Of a DNA stretch of 64,000 bases, positions 50,218-59,647 are shown piece by piece. The notes under the pieces were generated by a model. That model was not told the DNA's origin. It did no database searches and was given only the letters and a program-made list of their open reading frames with translations. A program made the position numbers and the translations under genes. Each line of letters starts with the position of its first letter. Position 1 is the first letter of the stretch. The stretch comes from Candidatus Sabulitectum sp. (GTDB lineage: Bacteria > Fermentibacterota > Fermentibacteria > Fermentibacterales > JCC-6), in assembly GCA_021107435.1 (NCBI GenBank), contig JAIOSV010000089.1, forward strand, positions 111,347-175,346. Direction: 5' to 3'.

Positions 50218-50985
50218 ATGCATCTGTTGTATCTTGATGACTCTGGATCAGCCCCGAATAGGAATGAGCAATACTTCATCCTTGGGGGACTCTCAGTTTT
50301 TGAAGCTCAAGCACATTGGTTCACTAAAGAGCTAGACACGCTTGCTGAAAGCATTGACCCAAAGAATCCACAGAGTGTTGAATTTCATGCTTCAGAAATA
50401 TTCTCTCGAAGAAACGCACCTTGGAAAGGTATGAGCCGTGAGGAAGCAAAAGGTATTATCAAGTCAGTTTTAAAAATACTTGCTGGTTCATACGATAGTG
50501 CCAGAGCATTTGCTTGTATCGTTCACAAGGACTCTTACCCTGGGCGAGATCCAGTTGAATTGGCATTCGAGGATCTTTGCAGTCGTTTTGATATATATCT
50601 TTCCAATCTTCGTGATTCTGGAGACCGTCAGCGTGGTCTCTTGATTCTGGATGAGTCGGCTCATGAAACATCATTGCAAGGCATGGCAAGAGATTTTCGT
50701 ACGCTTGGTACAAGGTGGGGAGTTCTTCGAAACCTTGCTGACACTCCTTTCTTCGTCAACTCAAAAGCTTCCCGACTTGTTCAGATGGCAGACCACATAG
50801 CGTATGCAACATTTCGCCGATATCAAATGTGTGATGCTCAATACTTTGATATTATATCAAGTAAGTTTCACAGTGTTGGTGGCGTTATTCATGGACTTTC
50901 TCACAAAGAAAACGAGAATCCCGAGTGCATGTGTATTGCCTGTTTAAGTCGTCGCCTCTCAGGTGGTCGTGTTCCCACTGAATAA
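50218..50985 (+). CDS. DUF3800 domain protein
   Basis: LYLDDSG, FILGG, EFHASEI, LILDE, S.LVQMADHIAY. Confidence 0.88.
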   Translation: MHLLYLDDSGSAPNRNEQYFILGGLSVFEAQAHWFTKELDTLAESIDPKNPQSVEFHASEIFSRRNAPWKGMSREEAKGIIKSVLKILAGSYDSARAFACIVHKDSYPGRDPVELAFEDLCSRFDIYLSNLRDSGDRQRGLLILDESAHETSLQGMARDFRTLGTRWGVLRNLADTPFFVNSKASRLVQMADHIAYATFRRYQMCDAQYFDIISSKFHSVGGVIHGLSHKENENPECMCIACLSRRLSGGRVPTE

Positions 50986-51036
50986 GGGCATGAATCTGGT
51001 TCGCTTTTATAACCTCATATCAAATTTAACTATGGA

Positions 51037-51064
51037 AGTTCCAAAAGCATCCACTACGGGGTAC
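51037..51064 (+). repeat. 28-bp cassette-boundary repeat R2
   Basis: AGTTCCAAAAG-CATCCA-CTACGGGGTAC. Confidence 0.85.
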
Positions 51065-51131
51065 TGTAATTCCTTCCAGCGATTGTTAGACTGGTAAGCA
51101 CTACGACTGGATACAAAGACATTTTCATAAC

Positions 51132-52382
51132 CTATAATCGCAATACCTTTTTCAGATCCTCATGCTCGAACGCCGATGACATGCGCTCTATCTCTGAAGT
51201 TGACAACCCATAGCTCTGCGCTACACTACGCCACTCTGCGATTGCTGCCGCAATGACTCGAACATAATCTTTTGCCCTTGCAGGGCTTACATCAAAATAA
51301 TCAGCTACCTCAAATGCTAACTCAATTGAAGCAGTTTGATCATCTATATCAATGGCTGAAGATAGAATTCTTGGAGCCAGGTCTGTTGGAGTAGGGTTGA
51401 GGTCGTAGGCTGGAGATAAAATCCATCCCTCCCTCCCATAGTATAGAAATCCATGATTTCTCATGTGATCATCTATGTTGGAGATCAAGACAGTTACAAC
51501 AATCCTTTTCCATAGTTCATGCATGTCTTTCTTCGGAAACGCTCCGTGGCTTCTGATTTTATCTGCGAGCTCAAGGTAGCTGTGTACTTCATTATCTTTC
51601 GCGGAAATCATACTCATGCCTGATAAAAAAGGAATTCTTACTTTCCCTTTTCTATCAAAACGTTTCAGAATCAGTATGTCCCTGCCGTTAATTGACCTAA
51701 GGCTTCTTTCAGGCACTCTGATCCCTGACCGCTCTGCCAGGTCAAGAGCGATTGCTTCCCAGACGATTCGATTATGGTCATCAACATTATTCGGGAATTT
51801 AGCTATGAAAAGCTGAGAGTCTTTCTGCACCGATGCTTTTGGCTGAGCACCACCCAAAGAAGAACCGGGAGCAAGAAGCAACCTGAGGTCTTCACTTGTT
51901 TCTTCTTCTTGTAACAGCTTATCTGAAGCCGCAAGTAGTCTTGGAAGATCAACTAAAGGAGGAATGCTGTTTCTAGTACTTTTTGCCAGGAAGGGACCAC
52001 CCTCCGATAAAGAAAATCTCAGAGCACCCATGCGGGTTTCATCATTTACCCCAAGCAGGTAGTCAATTTCTCTTAATGTGCGAGGAGTTCTACCTTCTGC
52101 TTTATCAGTTCTTCGAGCGAATCGTCGCATAAGAATTCGACCCCATCTATCGGGAGCAGAATCCCCAATTGTGCCAAAGATTGATAAACCAATTCCCGTA
52201 TGGTATGGTTCTTCCTTGACTGACAAAGCTGGTTCGAGAGCAAAACAAGATGGAGATTGCATCCAAGACCGGGCATATTCAAATGTTGCACTCTCTCTTC
52301 GTCCTCGAATGTGTATCCACAAATGACCTACATGGTGTGCGTGTCCTTCCAGGTCAATGTATACGAAAACTGACTTTCCCAT
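51132..52382 (-). CDS. hipA: HipA-family Ser/Thr kinase toxin
   Basis: DSAPDRWGR, GSSLGGAQPKA, IAKFP, KRFDR, SNIDDHMRNHGFL, LSPAYDLNP. Confidence 0.92.
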   Translation of the reverse strand: MGKSVFVYIDLEGHAHHVGHLWIHIRGRRESATFEYARSWMQSPSCFALEPALSVKEEPYHTGIGLSIFGTIGDSAPDRWGRILMRRFARRTDKAEGRTPRTLREIDYLLGVNDETRMGALRFSLSEGGPFLAKSTRNSIPPLVDLPRLLAASDKLLQEEETSEDLRLLLAPGSSLGGAQPKASVQKDSQLFIAKFPNNVDDHNRIVWEAIALDLAERSGIRVPERSLRSINGRDILILKRFDRKGKVRIPFLSGMSMISAKDNEVHSYLELADKIRSHGAFPKKDMHELWKRIVVTVLISNIDDHMRNHGFLYYGREGWILSPAYDLNPTPTDLAPRILSSAIDIDDQTASIELAFEVADYFDVSPARAKDYVRVIAAAIAEWRSVAQSYGLSTSEIERMSSAFEHEDLKKVLRL

Positions 52383-52386
52383 GGTA

Positions 52387-52737
52387 TTACTTCCTGTTGA
52401 TTAGCTCTCTTTTATTCCTGTGGATTCTTTGGGGTAACTGCTCTTCCTCAAGCAGTCGCCCCAGTGAATCGTATTGAGAATCAGCTAGTTCCCTGAGTCT
52501 TTCAAGAAGATCCATAGCGTGTAGAACTGAGCCAAGTATTCCTATCGAAATCCCCGGATCACCCTTTTCCAATTTAGCAAGAGTAACTCTGCTGACTCCA
52601 GCTCTTTCAGCCACAAGGCTCATAGGGAGTCTCCTGCGTCTTCTTGCATCTTTGATATCTTCTCCAAGTTTTCGCAGAACTCTTAGAACTGGAATTGGTC
52701 TCTTAGTGCCATGCTTCTGGTAATCCATAGCAAACAT
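52387..52737 (-). CDS. Xre/HipB-like HTH antitoxin
   Basis: LGEDIKDARRRR, VAERAGVSRVTLAKLEKGDPG; 4 nt upstream of hipA. Confidence 0.9.
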   Translation of the reverse strand: MFAMDYQKHGTKRPIPVLRVLRKLGEDIKDARRRRRLPMSLVAERAGVSRVTLAKLEKGDPGISIGILGSVLHAMDLLERLRELADSQYDSLGRLLEEEQLPQRIHRNKRELINRK

Positions 52738-52744
52738 CCTTAGC

Positions 52745-52791
52745 GTTAAACATAGTAAACGTTATCAAGGTTAATGTAAAGAATGTTTAAC
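52745..52791 (-). promoter_or_regulatory. Promoter and inverted-repeat operator of xre-hipA
   Basis: Minus strand TTTACA-17bp-TACTAT (52780-52752); inverted repeat GTTAAACAT...ATGTTTAAC bracketing the promoter. Confidence 0.55.
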
Positions 52792-52827
52792 ATTAAAACA
52801 AGAGCGGTGCTTTCTTGCTATCATGTC

Positions 52828-52855
52828 AGTTCCAAAAGCATCCACTACGGGGTGC
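52828..52855 (+). repeat. 28-bp cassette-boundary repeat R3
   Basis: AGTTCCAAAAG-CATCCA-CTACGGGGTGC, followed by CA so that it ends GGGGTGCCA. Confidence 0.85.
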
Positions 52856-52955
52856 CAGAGTAAGAGGCTTCGATTTCATTATAGGCACTCAACCTTTCAT
52901 TCACTATCTGGATAAGCAAAGGAAACCTGTTTTCAGGAATTTGGATGAGATAGAT

Positions 52956-52991
52956 TTGACTCGTATGCATAAATTGTTATACTTGTGCATA
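52956..52991 (+). promoter_or_regulatory. vapBC promoter with palindromic operators
   Basis: TTGACT-16bp-(TGn)TATACT; TATGCATA and TGTGCATA overlap or abut the promoter. Confidence 0.6.
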
Positions 52992-53002
52992 AGGAGGTTG
53001 AG

Positions 53003-53206
53003 ATGAGAACTACTTTAAATCTGCCAGAGGAATTGTTACTTGAAGCAATGGATGTCACTCATATTGGGACCAAAACAAGAGTAATTATTATTGCCCTTCA
53101 AGAGCTTATTAGAAGGAATAGAATCACCGAGCTTAAGAAGTTCAAGGGTAAGATTGATCTTGAAATAGATATGGACGTTTTGCGGAGTAGAGAATGCAGG
53201 TCTTAG
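53003..53206 (+). CDS. vapB: VapB-family (DUF2191-like) antitoxin
   Basis: MRTTLNLPEELL.EAM...TKT.VI..AL.ELIRR; AAGGAGG RBS. Confidence 0.88.
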   Translation: MRTTLNLPEELLLEAMDVTHIGTKTRVIIIALQELIRRNRITELKKFKGKIDLEIDMDVLRSRECRS

Positions 53207-53574
53207 TTGATAGCTCCATCTGGATTGATTATTTCAAGGATGGACGGAGATCTGAGAAACTTGATTACTTGATTGATGAAAACATTGTAGTGACCAATGA
53301 TTTGATTCTTGCTGAACTTATCCCTTTTTTGAGGATAAGAAACCAGCGTAAAATTGCAGGATTGATGGAAACCATAAAGAAACTCAGTATGGATATCATC
53401 TGGGATGAGATCATCGAGTATCAGTATATGTGCTTGAAAAAAGGAGTGAACGGAATAGGGCTGCCTGATCTGGTTATTGCACAGAATGCTAAGCAACATC
53501 ATGCTGAAATTTATACGCTCGATAGTCATTTTGCGATGATGAAGAACATACTGGAACTGGAGCTCACCATTTAA
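53194..53574 (+). CDS. vapC: VapC PIN-domain toxin
   Basis: VLVDSSIWID, LAEL, PDLVIAQ, YTLDSHF; overlaps the antitoxin gene. Confidence 0.92.
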   Translation: MQVLVDSSIWIDYFKDGRRSEKLDYLIDENIVVTNDLILAELIPFLRIRNQRKIAGLMETIKKLSMDIIWDEIIEYQYMCLKKGVNGIGLPDLVIAQNAKQHHAEIYTLDSHFAMMKNILELELTI

Positions 53575-53639
53575 CCTGATCGTGCTGGAGTTCGCTGTTA
53601 GAGTAAATTCGTCAAGAAGCTGGAACTTTCTCTATAAAG

Positions 53640-53667
53640 GGTTCGATAAGTATCCACTAAGAGGTGC
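53640..53667 (+). repeat. 28-bp cassette-boundary repeat R4
   Basis: GGTTCGATAAG-TATCCA-CTAAGAGGTGC. Confidence 0.85.
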
Positions 53668-53704
53668 CGGACAGGCAGGCACATGGAACTTCGCATGCTG
53701 CTGA

Positions 53705-54157
53705 TTAACCGTTCAGAGCCTCCGGTAACTTCATTACAAAATCTCTGATCTCGTCTCTCACTCTGCGATAGTGTACAAGAACTTCTTCTTCGGTTGCCGC
53801 GTTTTCAGCAAGCCTGGGCGGATCATCAAATCCTCTGTGAATGATTCCGGTTTTAGCGGGGAAGTAAGGGCAGTTTTCGTTTGCGTGATCGCAAACTGTT
53901 ACCACATAGTCAAAGTCTTCTTCATCAATCTCATCAACCGTTTTGCTGAAATGATTGGATATGTCAATACCGATTTCATCCATTACCTTTACTGCAAGCC
54001 GATTGAGCCCGTGCTTCTGTATTCCCGCTGAGAAACACTCTATACCGACATACTTCAGGTGCCTGCAAAATCCCTCTGCCATCTGACTTCTGCATGAATT
54101 ACCGGTGCAGAGAAAAAGTACTTTCAGCCTTTCATTCATCTTCCTGGCCTTGCTCAC
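53705..54157 (-). CDS. arsC: Thioredoxin-coupled arsenate reductase (LMW-PTP fold)
   Basis: LFLCTGNSCRSQMAEG, VTVCD.A.E.CP, FDDP, RRVRDEI. Confidence 0.92.
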   Translation of the reverse strand: MSKARKMNERLKVLFLCTGNSCRSQMAEGFCRHLKYVGIECFSAGIQKHGLNRLAVKVMDEIGIDISNHFSKTVDEIDEEDFDYVVTVCDHANENCPYFPAKTGIIHRGFDDPPRLAENAATEEEVLVHYRRVRDEIRDFVMKLPEALNG

Positions 54158-54222
54158 TTACTGGATGGCTGTTTTACAACCTGCTGATCATTAATTCGGG
54201 ATATTCCCGAGCGACAACCGAA

Positions 54223-54254
54223 CCGGCATGCCCTTGTAGTATAGGGCATGCCGG
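54223..54254. terminator. Perfect 12-bp hairpin (possible terminator or processing stem downstream of phoU)
   Basis: CCGGCATGCCCT-TGTAGTAT-AGGGCATGCCGG; weak U-tract. Confidence 0.5.
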
Positions 54255-54432
54255 CGAGGAGGGATGCTTGACCGGAACAACCGGATGAAGCGCAGGCTCT
54301 TACTTACCTGCCTTCATAATTAAGTACCCCGGATATCAGGAAATAGTTCCAGCGGGGGAGCCGACACACAGGGGGTGAAACCGTGCGCCGGCTCTGTTGA
54401 TCCGCTAACCCGGAGGAATCAAGCGCGGACCC

Positions 54433-55086
54433 TTAGTTAAGATCCACAGGTACACCGGTGACGGTGAAGATCACTCTTTCGCAGATATTCACTACTCTGT
54501 CGCCTACACGTTCAATATTGTGGGCAATCCAGTCCAGCATCATTGTCTGCTCTATGTTGGACGGCTTTTCCATTATGAAGGTGATAAGCTCTCTGTGTAC
54601 CTGATTGTAGAGAACATCAATCTGAAGATCTCTCGCCGGAATATTCCGGGCCGCTGTCTCATCATCCTCGGTGAAAGCCCTGATGGCATCGTCAAGCATT
54701 TCTCCGGCAATCTCTTCCATTCTCGGAATGCTGAGAAGGGGCTTTATCAACTCTCCAGGTCCGATCTTCTGGCTGATCCTGGCAATTCCCTTGGCGTAAT
54801 CACCTATTCGCTCAATCTCAGTTGATATCTGTAAAACTGAAAAAAGCAACCGGAGATCGGTGGCTACCGGCTGCTGTGTTGCTATGATGTTCAGGCACTG
54901 CTCCTCTATTTCAAGGCACTTGAGATTAACAATTTCATCTGATTCAATGATCATAGCAGCACCCTGCATATCCCTCTTCTCAAGATATTTTACCGATGCT
55001 GTGAGGTTTTTTCTTACCTCACTGGTAATCTGGAACAAGTTCCTTTTGAGTTCCTGAAGTTCTCGGTCAAAACTCTCTCTACTCAT
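54433..55086 (-). CDS. phoU: Phosphate signalling protein PhoU
   Basis: QPVATDLR, EIERIGDYA, IERVGDRVVNICE; start set at MSRESF after AGGAGG. Confidence 0.95.
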   Translation of the reverse strand: MSRESFDRELQELKRNLFQITSEVRKNLTASVKYLEKRDMQGAAMIIESDEIVNLKCLEIEEQCLNIIATQQPVATDLRLLFSVLQISTEIERIGDYAKGIARISQKIGPGELIKPLLSIPRMEEIAGEMLDDAIRAFTEDDETAARNIPARDLQIDVLYNQVHRELITFIMEKPSNIEQTMMLDWIAHNIERVGDRVVNICERVIFTVTGVPVDLN

Positions 55087-55099
55087 TTTTTTCCTCCTG

Positions 55100-55891
55100 T
55101 CAGCCGAAGCGGCCACTGATGTAGTCTTCGGTTCTGGAGTCCGAAGGAGTAGTAAATATCTGCTTTGTAGGGCCAAGCTCAATCAGATTGCCCGCTCGCT
55201 TCTCATCGGTAAGCATGAACGCTGTGTAGTCACTTACCCTTCCGGCCTGCTGCATGTTGTGTGTAACTATAGCTATTGTGTAGTTCCTTTTCAGCACATT
55301 CATCAGCTCCTCTATCTTCAAGGTTGCAACCGGATCAAGGGCTGAAGCGGGCTCGTCCATCAGGATCACTTCAGGCTCTATTGCAATAGCTCTGGCTATG
55401 CAGAGTCTCTGCTGCTGTCCACCCGAAAGAGACATCCCCGATTTGTGCAGGTCATCCTTTACCTCTTCCCACAGGGCTGCTCTTTTCAGGCTCTTCTCCA
55501 CAATAACCGCAAGGTCGGAGCGGTTTTTCGTACCGTGGAGTCTGGGTCCATAAGCTACATTATCAAAGATGGATTTGGGGAAAGGATTCGGTCTCTGGAA
55601 AACCATGCCCACTTTTTTGCGAAGTTCTACAACATCTTCCCTTGCAACATTCCTGCCATCCAGAAAAATCGTTCCAGCAGTGGTTACACCGGGGATCAGG
55701 TCATTCATCCGGTTGAAACTTCGGAGAAGAGTACTCTTGCCGCATCCCGATGGCCCGATGAAAGCAGTTATCTTGTTTGTGGGAATCTTAATATTGATGT
55801 TGTTCAGTGCCTTAAAGTCACCATAGAACAGGCTGTAATCCTCCGTCATCATTCTTGTCTTCTCTGCTCTTTCAGCTTCCAATTTGTTCAC
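55100..55891 (-). CDS. pstB: Phosphate ABC transporter ATPase
   Basis: [38 protein letters not shown]. Confidence 0.97.
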   Translation of the reverse strand: MNKLEAERAEKTRMMTEDYSLFYGDFKALNNINIKIPTNKITAFIGPSGCGKSTLLRSFNRMNDLIPGVTTAGTIFLDGRNVAREDVVELRKKVGMVFQRPNPFPKSIFDNVAYGPRLHGTKNRSDLAVIVEKSLKRAALWEEVKDDLHKSGMSLSGGQQQRLCIARAIAIEPEVILMDEPASALDPVATLKIEELMNVLKRNYTIAIVTHNMQQAGRVSDYTAFMLTDEKRAGNLIELGPTKQIFTTPSDSRTEDYISGRFG

Positions 55892-56742
55892 CCCTGCTTC
55901 GTTGAGATTCTGCTGGTTATGGTGTTGATTGTGAGATTCATGATAATTATCAAAGCTACCAGTACAGCAGCGGTAGACATTGCTTTATCGAAAGCCCGTG
56001 TTTCCATGGCGAGATAGTAAACATGAAGAGCCATGGTTCTGCCGCCGGACATCAGGGAATGGGGAACTCTGTAACTGCCACCCAGTGTTACGAAGAAGAT
56101 CGCAGTTTCACTTACGATTCTTCCGGCACTGAGCAGGATTCCCGTGGATATACCCCGGAGTGCCGCCGGCAAAACGACCTTCCAGGTGGTTTCCCAGCGG
56201 TTTGCGCCAAGAGCCAGAGAGCCTTCTCTGTAGCCCTGTGGAACAGATTTGAGAGCTTCCTCTGTGGTCCTGATGATTACCGGGATAATCAGGCAGGCTC
56301 CGGCAAGAGATGCGGAGAGGATTGAAAATCCCATGTTAAGCGCTGAAACAAACAGGGCATATCCGAAGAGACCGAAAATAATAGACGGGACACCGGCCAG
56401 TGTCTCTATGCCGAATCTTGCAATGCTTACCAGTTTGCAGATCGCCTTGTTGTCAATGTTGCTTGAGTATTCGGTTAAGTATATGGCTGCTCCTACCCCC
56501 AGGGGTGTGGCGAAAACCAGCGTTACAACTATCATATAAAAAGTTGTTACTATGGTAGAGTAGATACCTCCATCTCCTGAAAGCCCTCCACGAGGTGAAG
56601 TTGTGAAAAAATCAGCGGTAATCCCGGGAAGCCCCTTCACCATGATATAGCCAACAACGAAACCCATAATCAGCACCGCGACCGCACCGGTCAGCCAGAA
56701 AACTCCGAATGCAGTGTTCTGGGCTGCATTCCTTTTTTTCAT
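55888..56742 (-). CDS. pstA: Phosphate ABC transporter permease
   Basis: [27 protein letters not shown]. Confidence 0.95.
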   Translation of the reverse strand: MKKRNAAQNTAFGVFWLTGAVAVLIMGFVVGYIMVKGLPGITADFFTTSPRGGLSGDGGIYSTIVTTFYMIVVTLVFATPLGVGAAIYLTEYSSNIDNKAICKLVSIARFGIETLAGVPSIIFGLFGYALFVSALNMGFSILSASLAGACLIIPVIIRTTEEALKSVPQGYREGSLALGANRWETTWKVVLPAALRGISTGILLSAGRIVSETAIFFVTLGGSYRVPHSLMSGGRTMALHVYYLAMETRAFDKAMSTAAVLVALIIIMNLTINTITSRISTKQG

Positions 56743-57638
56743 GACTTCACTCCCATTTTCATAAGGAATCTGGCCGAACCGTTGACCAGCATGATCAGGA
56801 TGAAAAGAACCACTCCAGTGGCAAACAAAGCACTCTCATGAATCCCGGTTGCATAGGAAATCTCAACTGCAATGTTACCTGTAAGGGTTCTGGCTCTGCT
56901 CAAAAAGATGCTGAGAGGATTGTCTGTGATAGCTGTGGGAAGAATCACAGAGTTTCCAATTACCATTATCATGGCAATTGTCTCCCCCAATGCTCTGCCC
57001 AGGCCTAGAACAACTGCGCTGATAATTCCGGGTTTTGCAGCGGGAATGATCACCCTTGAGATGGTCTCCCACTTCGTAGCACCCAGAGCCAGTGAGCCTT
57101 CTTTATACCCCTTCGGTACACTTCTGATGGCAAATTCCGAAATATTTGCTATTGTGGGTAGTATCATTACTGCCAGAACAATAGATGCCGCGAGTAAACC
57201 ATACCCGGCGTTGCCGGGAGCCGGGATTGTTCTCACCAGAGGAACAAGAACCACCATTCCAAAAAGACCATAGACAACAGATGGGATTCCGGCAAGCAGT
57301 TCAATAGATGGTCGAACGATTCCTGCAATCCAGCAGGGGGCAATCTCGGAGAGGAACACGGCAGTGCCCAGAGCAAGAGGAACACCGATCAGCACTGCCC
57401 CAAGAGTAACAAGACCACTTCCGGCAATCATTGCCAGAATACCGAACTGGTCGTTACCCGGTCTCCAGGTGGTATCAGACAGCATTTTCCAGACACCGAT
57501 CTCCCGAAACGCCGGCGTGGCCTCTTTCATGGTGAAGATGAAGATCAAAAGCACAATCAGAACCGATGCCAGAGCAGATATCAGCAGAACCGTCTTCATG
57601 GCCTTTTCGATTCCAGTTCGCCGGGTTCCGGAAGTCAT
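56739..57638 (-). CDS. pstC: Phosphate ABC transporter permease
   Basis: ELLAGIPSVVYG, MILPTI, GRALGETIAM. Confidence 0.95.
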   Translation of the reverse strand: MTSGTRRTGIEKAMKTVLLISALASVLIVLLIFIFTMKEATPAFREIGVWKMLSDTTWRPGNDQFGILAMIAGSGLVTLGAVLIGVPLALGTAVFLSEIAPCWIAGIVRPSIELLAGIPSVVYGLFGMVVLVPLVRTIPAPGNAGYGLLAASIVLAVMILPTIANISEFAIRSVPKGYKEGSLALGATKWETISRVIIPAAKPGIISAVVLGLGRALGETIAMIMVIGNSVILPTAITDNPLSIFLSRARTLTGNIAVEISYATGIHESALFATGVVLFILIMLVNGSARFLMKMGVKS

Positions 57639-57653
57639 TGTTTGTTCTCCCTG

Positions 57654-58505
57654 CTAATTTATGGGCAGGTAGCCCTCAGCAGCAACTATTGCCTGACCGT
57701 CTTCACCCAGTATGAACTCAAGCCATTCTGCAACTGCACCGGTGGGCTCTCCGTAAGTAACCATGTTCAGGGGTCTTACCACTGGATAGCTGCCTTCGTT
57801 AACGTTTTCAGGAGTGGGGAAAGCTCCATCGATAGCGATTGGTTTTGTGCTGTCATCAAGATATCCAAAGCTGATGAAAGTTATTGATCCCGGCGTTGTA
57901 ACCACAGTTGTGCGGATAGCTCCATTGGAAGGCTGAAGAATAGCGGTTGCACTGATGAACGCATCCTCCATCACGAGATCCTCAAAAGCTGAACGGGTAC
58001 CGGAACCCTCTTCACGGGAAGCTACTGTTATTATCCCGGGAGTTCCACCGACTTCGCTCCAGTCCGTGATCTCTCCGGCAAAAATCGCTCTTGCCTCATC
58101 AATACTGAGTTCATCAACATCAACATCGGGGTTAACCACGATGGCTATACCATCGCGGGCAATTGTGTGGATTACTATTTCCGGGCACTCTTGAATCTCA
58201 CTGGCTTTGATCTCTCTGGATGCCATACCGATGTCGGCGCTCTGCTCTGAGGCGCTCTTTACGCCAACGCTGCTGCCACCGCCGCTGACGGTGACAAGTA
58301 CATTGGGATCAATCGCTTCATAAGCCTCACTGAGAAGCTCTGCAAGGGGCTGAACAGTCGTGGAACCGACCACACTGATCTCTACTGTTTCAACGGCCTC
58401 AGTACTTGTCCCGTCTGCATCCGGTGTTTCTACTCCCGGCTCACCGCAGGCACCAAGAAGCATCATTGAGGTCATGACAATCATTGTTGTTATTTTTCTT
58501 TTCAT
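57654..58505 (-). CDS. pstS: Phosphate-binding lipoprotein
   Basis: Lipobox LGAC, GSTTVQP, GGGSSVG, REEGSGTR. Confidence 0.94.
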   Translation of the reverse strand: MKRKITTMIVMTSMMLLGACGEPGVETPDADGTSTEAVETVEISVVGSTTVQPLAELLSEAYEAIDPNVLVTVSGGGSSVGVKSASEQSADIGMASREIKASEIQECPEIVIHTIARDGIAIVVNPDVDVDELSIDEARAIFAGEITDWSEVGGTPGIITVASREEGSGTRSAFEDLVMEDAFISATAILQPSNGAIRTTVVTTPGSITFISFGYLDDSTKPIAIDGAFPTPENVNEGSYPVVRPLNMVTYGEPTGAVAEWLEFILGEDGQAIVAAEGYLPIN

Positions 58506-58528
58506 TTTATTCCTTTTCGTCAGAGTTG

Positions 58529-59575
58529 TTAAAACTTCATTCTCCAGCCGAAGTACATGTCGGTGTGACTATCTTCATCATCACTCTGGAAGGTGTGATT
58601 ACGCATACCGATCTGTACAGTGTTCTTACTGCTGTAGAGGTCCATGTTGAGGCAGAAGTCGATGGCTCCTTCATCATTTTCCGGGTCATCATCACCACTG
58701 TATCCGGGATTGATGTTTTCATAACGAATCGCAGGTCTGACAGCCTGAAGCATATTCCCGTCAAGATCGAAATCTGCCATGAGAGTAACTGCATAACCGT
58801 TAGTGTCTGTCCAGTCGGAATCATCCTCCATGGGTTCACCAATTGTCATGTACTCGCCAACAAAAAACAGCTCAGTGCTTTCGCTGAGAGAGTGGTTTAC
58901 CACTGTGTAGAAATCCATAGCTGTAGCGGAAACGGAAGTTTCACCTGTTGAATCAGCATTCTCGGAGTGACTGCCGAAAGCTCCTGCAATCTGAATGCCC
59001 TCGACTGGCTCAACAACTGCACGGGCTGTAAAACTCTTGTGGCTGTCGTCTTCAGGCTCGTTGTCTCCTGCTCCATTGGTATAAGCCAGATCAATATCTG
59101 CGATTCCGAAGTCCAGCTCCACATTCGCGCCGATGTCCCGCTTGCCGAAGTCACCAATCATGCCAGTAAGCATCGCACGGTCCCGGAAGTACATGCTGCT
59201 GCTTGAACGTGTGTAGTTGTAGCAGAAAGGTCTCTTAAAATGACCCATGGAGAAAGTGACCACATCGCTGAAATGCATGTTGATAGCAATATCCTCAGTA
59301 GTCAGACTGAGATCCTCATAGCTCCCGGTGTACTTAGTGGGCTGAGACTTGAATGCAATCTTAGCATCCACCCATTCGTTCAGCCTTGGAAGCCATTCGA
59401 TGGTGGCGATAACACTGAAGCCGTTATCTGGATCAGCATCCTCTTCGCCATAGATGTTGAATGTGTTGATAAGGTAACCTTTGAACTTGAGAAGCTCGGC
59501 GCCTCCTGTGGAGAATTCGCCGCTGGCCATTGCGATGGTGGCCATGATCAGAGTGAGTATCATGATGTTACGCAA
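58529..59575 (-). CDS. Phosphate-selective porin (OprO/OprP-like), TTG start
   Basis: Signal peptide, GHFKRPF, RDIG, NGAG, terminal Phe; first gene of the pst operon. Confidence 0.75.
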   Translation of the reverse strand: MRNIMILTLIMATIAMASGEFSTGGAELLKFKGYLINTFNIYGEEDADPDNGFSVIATIEWLPRLNEWVDAKIAFKSQPTKYTGSYEDLSLTTEDIAINMHFSDVVTFSMGHFKRPFCYNYTRSSSSMYFRDRAMLTGMIGDFGKRDIGANVELDFGIADIDLAYTNGAGDNEPEDDSHKSFTARAVVEPVEGIQIAGAFGSHSENADSTGETSVSATAMDFYTVVNHSLSESTELFFVGEYMTIGEPMEDDSDWTDTNGYAVTLMADFDLDGNMLQAVRPAIRYENINPGYSGDDDPENDEGAIDFCLNMDLYSSKNTVQIGMRNHTFQSDDEDSHTDMYFGWRMKF

Positions 59576-59647
59576 TTGAAAACCCCTTTCGTTTTCAGCT
59601 CAGCCGCCGGTTGAATTACCGATGACAGTGGTAACATCGGAACGGGT

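Noticed and set aside
51093..51106. Possible fifth degenerate repeat (GGTAAGCACTACGA)
   Set aside because: Matches only the inner parts, lacks four spacer bases and both outer arms; may be chance.
49970..53667. CRISPR array or classical integron attC sites
   Set aside because: Intervals are 0.8-1.8 kb and contain genes; no cas genes; the repeats lack the RYYYAAC...GTTRRRY ends and long internal palindrome of attC; no intI in the window.
54264..54323. Small plus-strand ORF MLDRNNRMKRRLLLTCLHN as a type I toxin
   Set aside because: The SD-like sequence abuts the ATG with no spacing, and the peptide is not hydrophobic.
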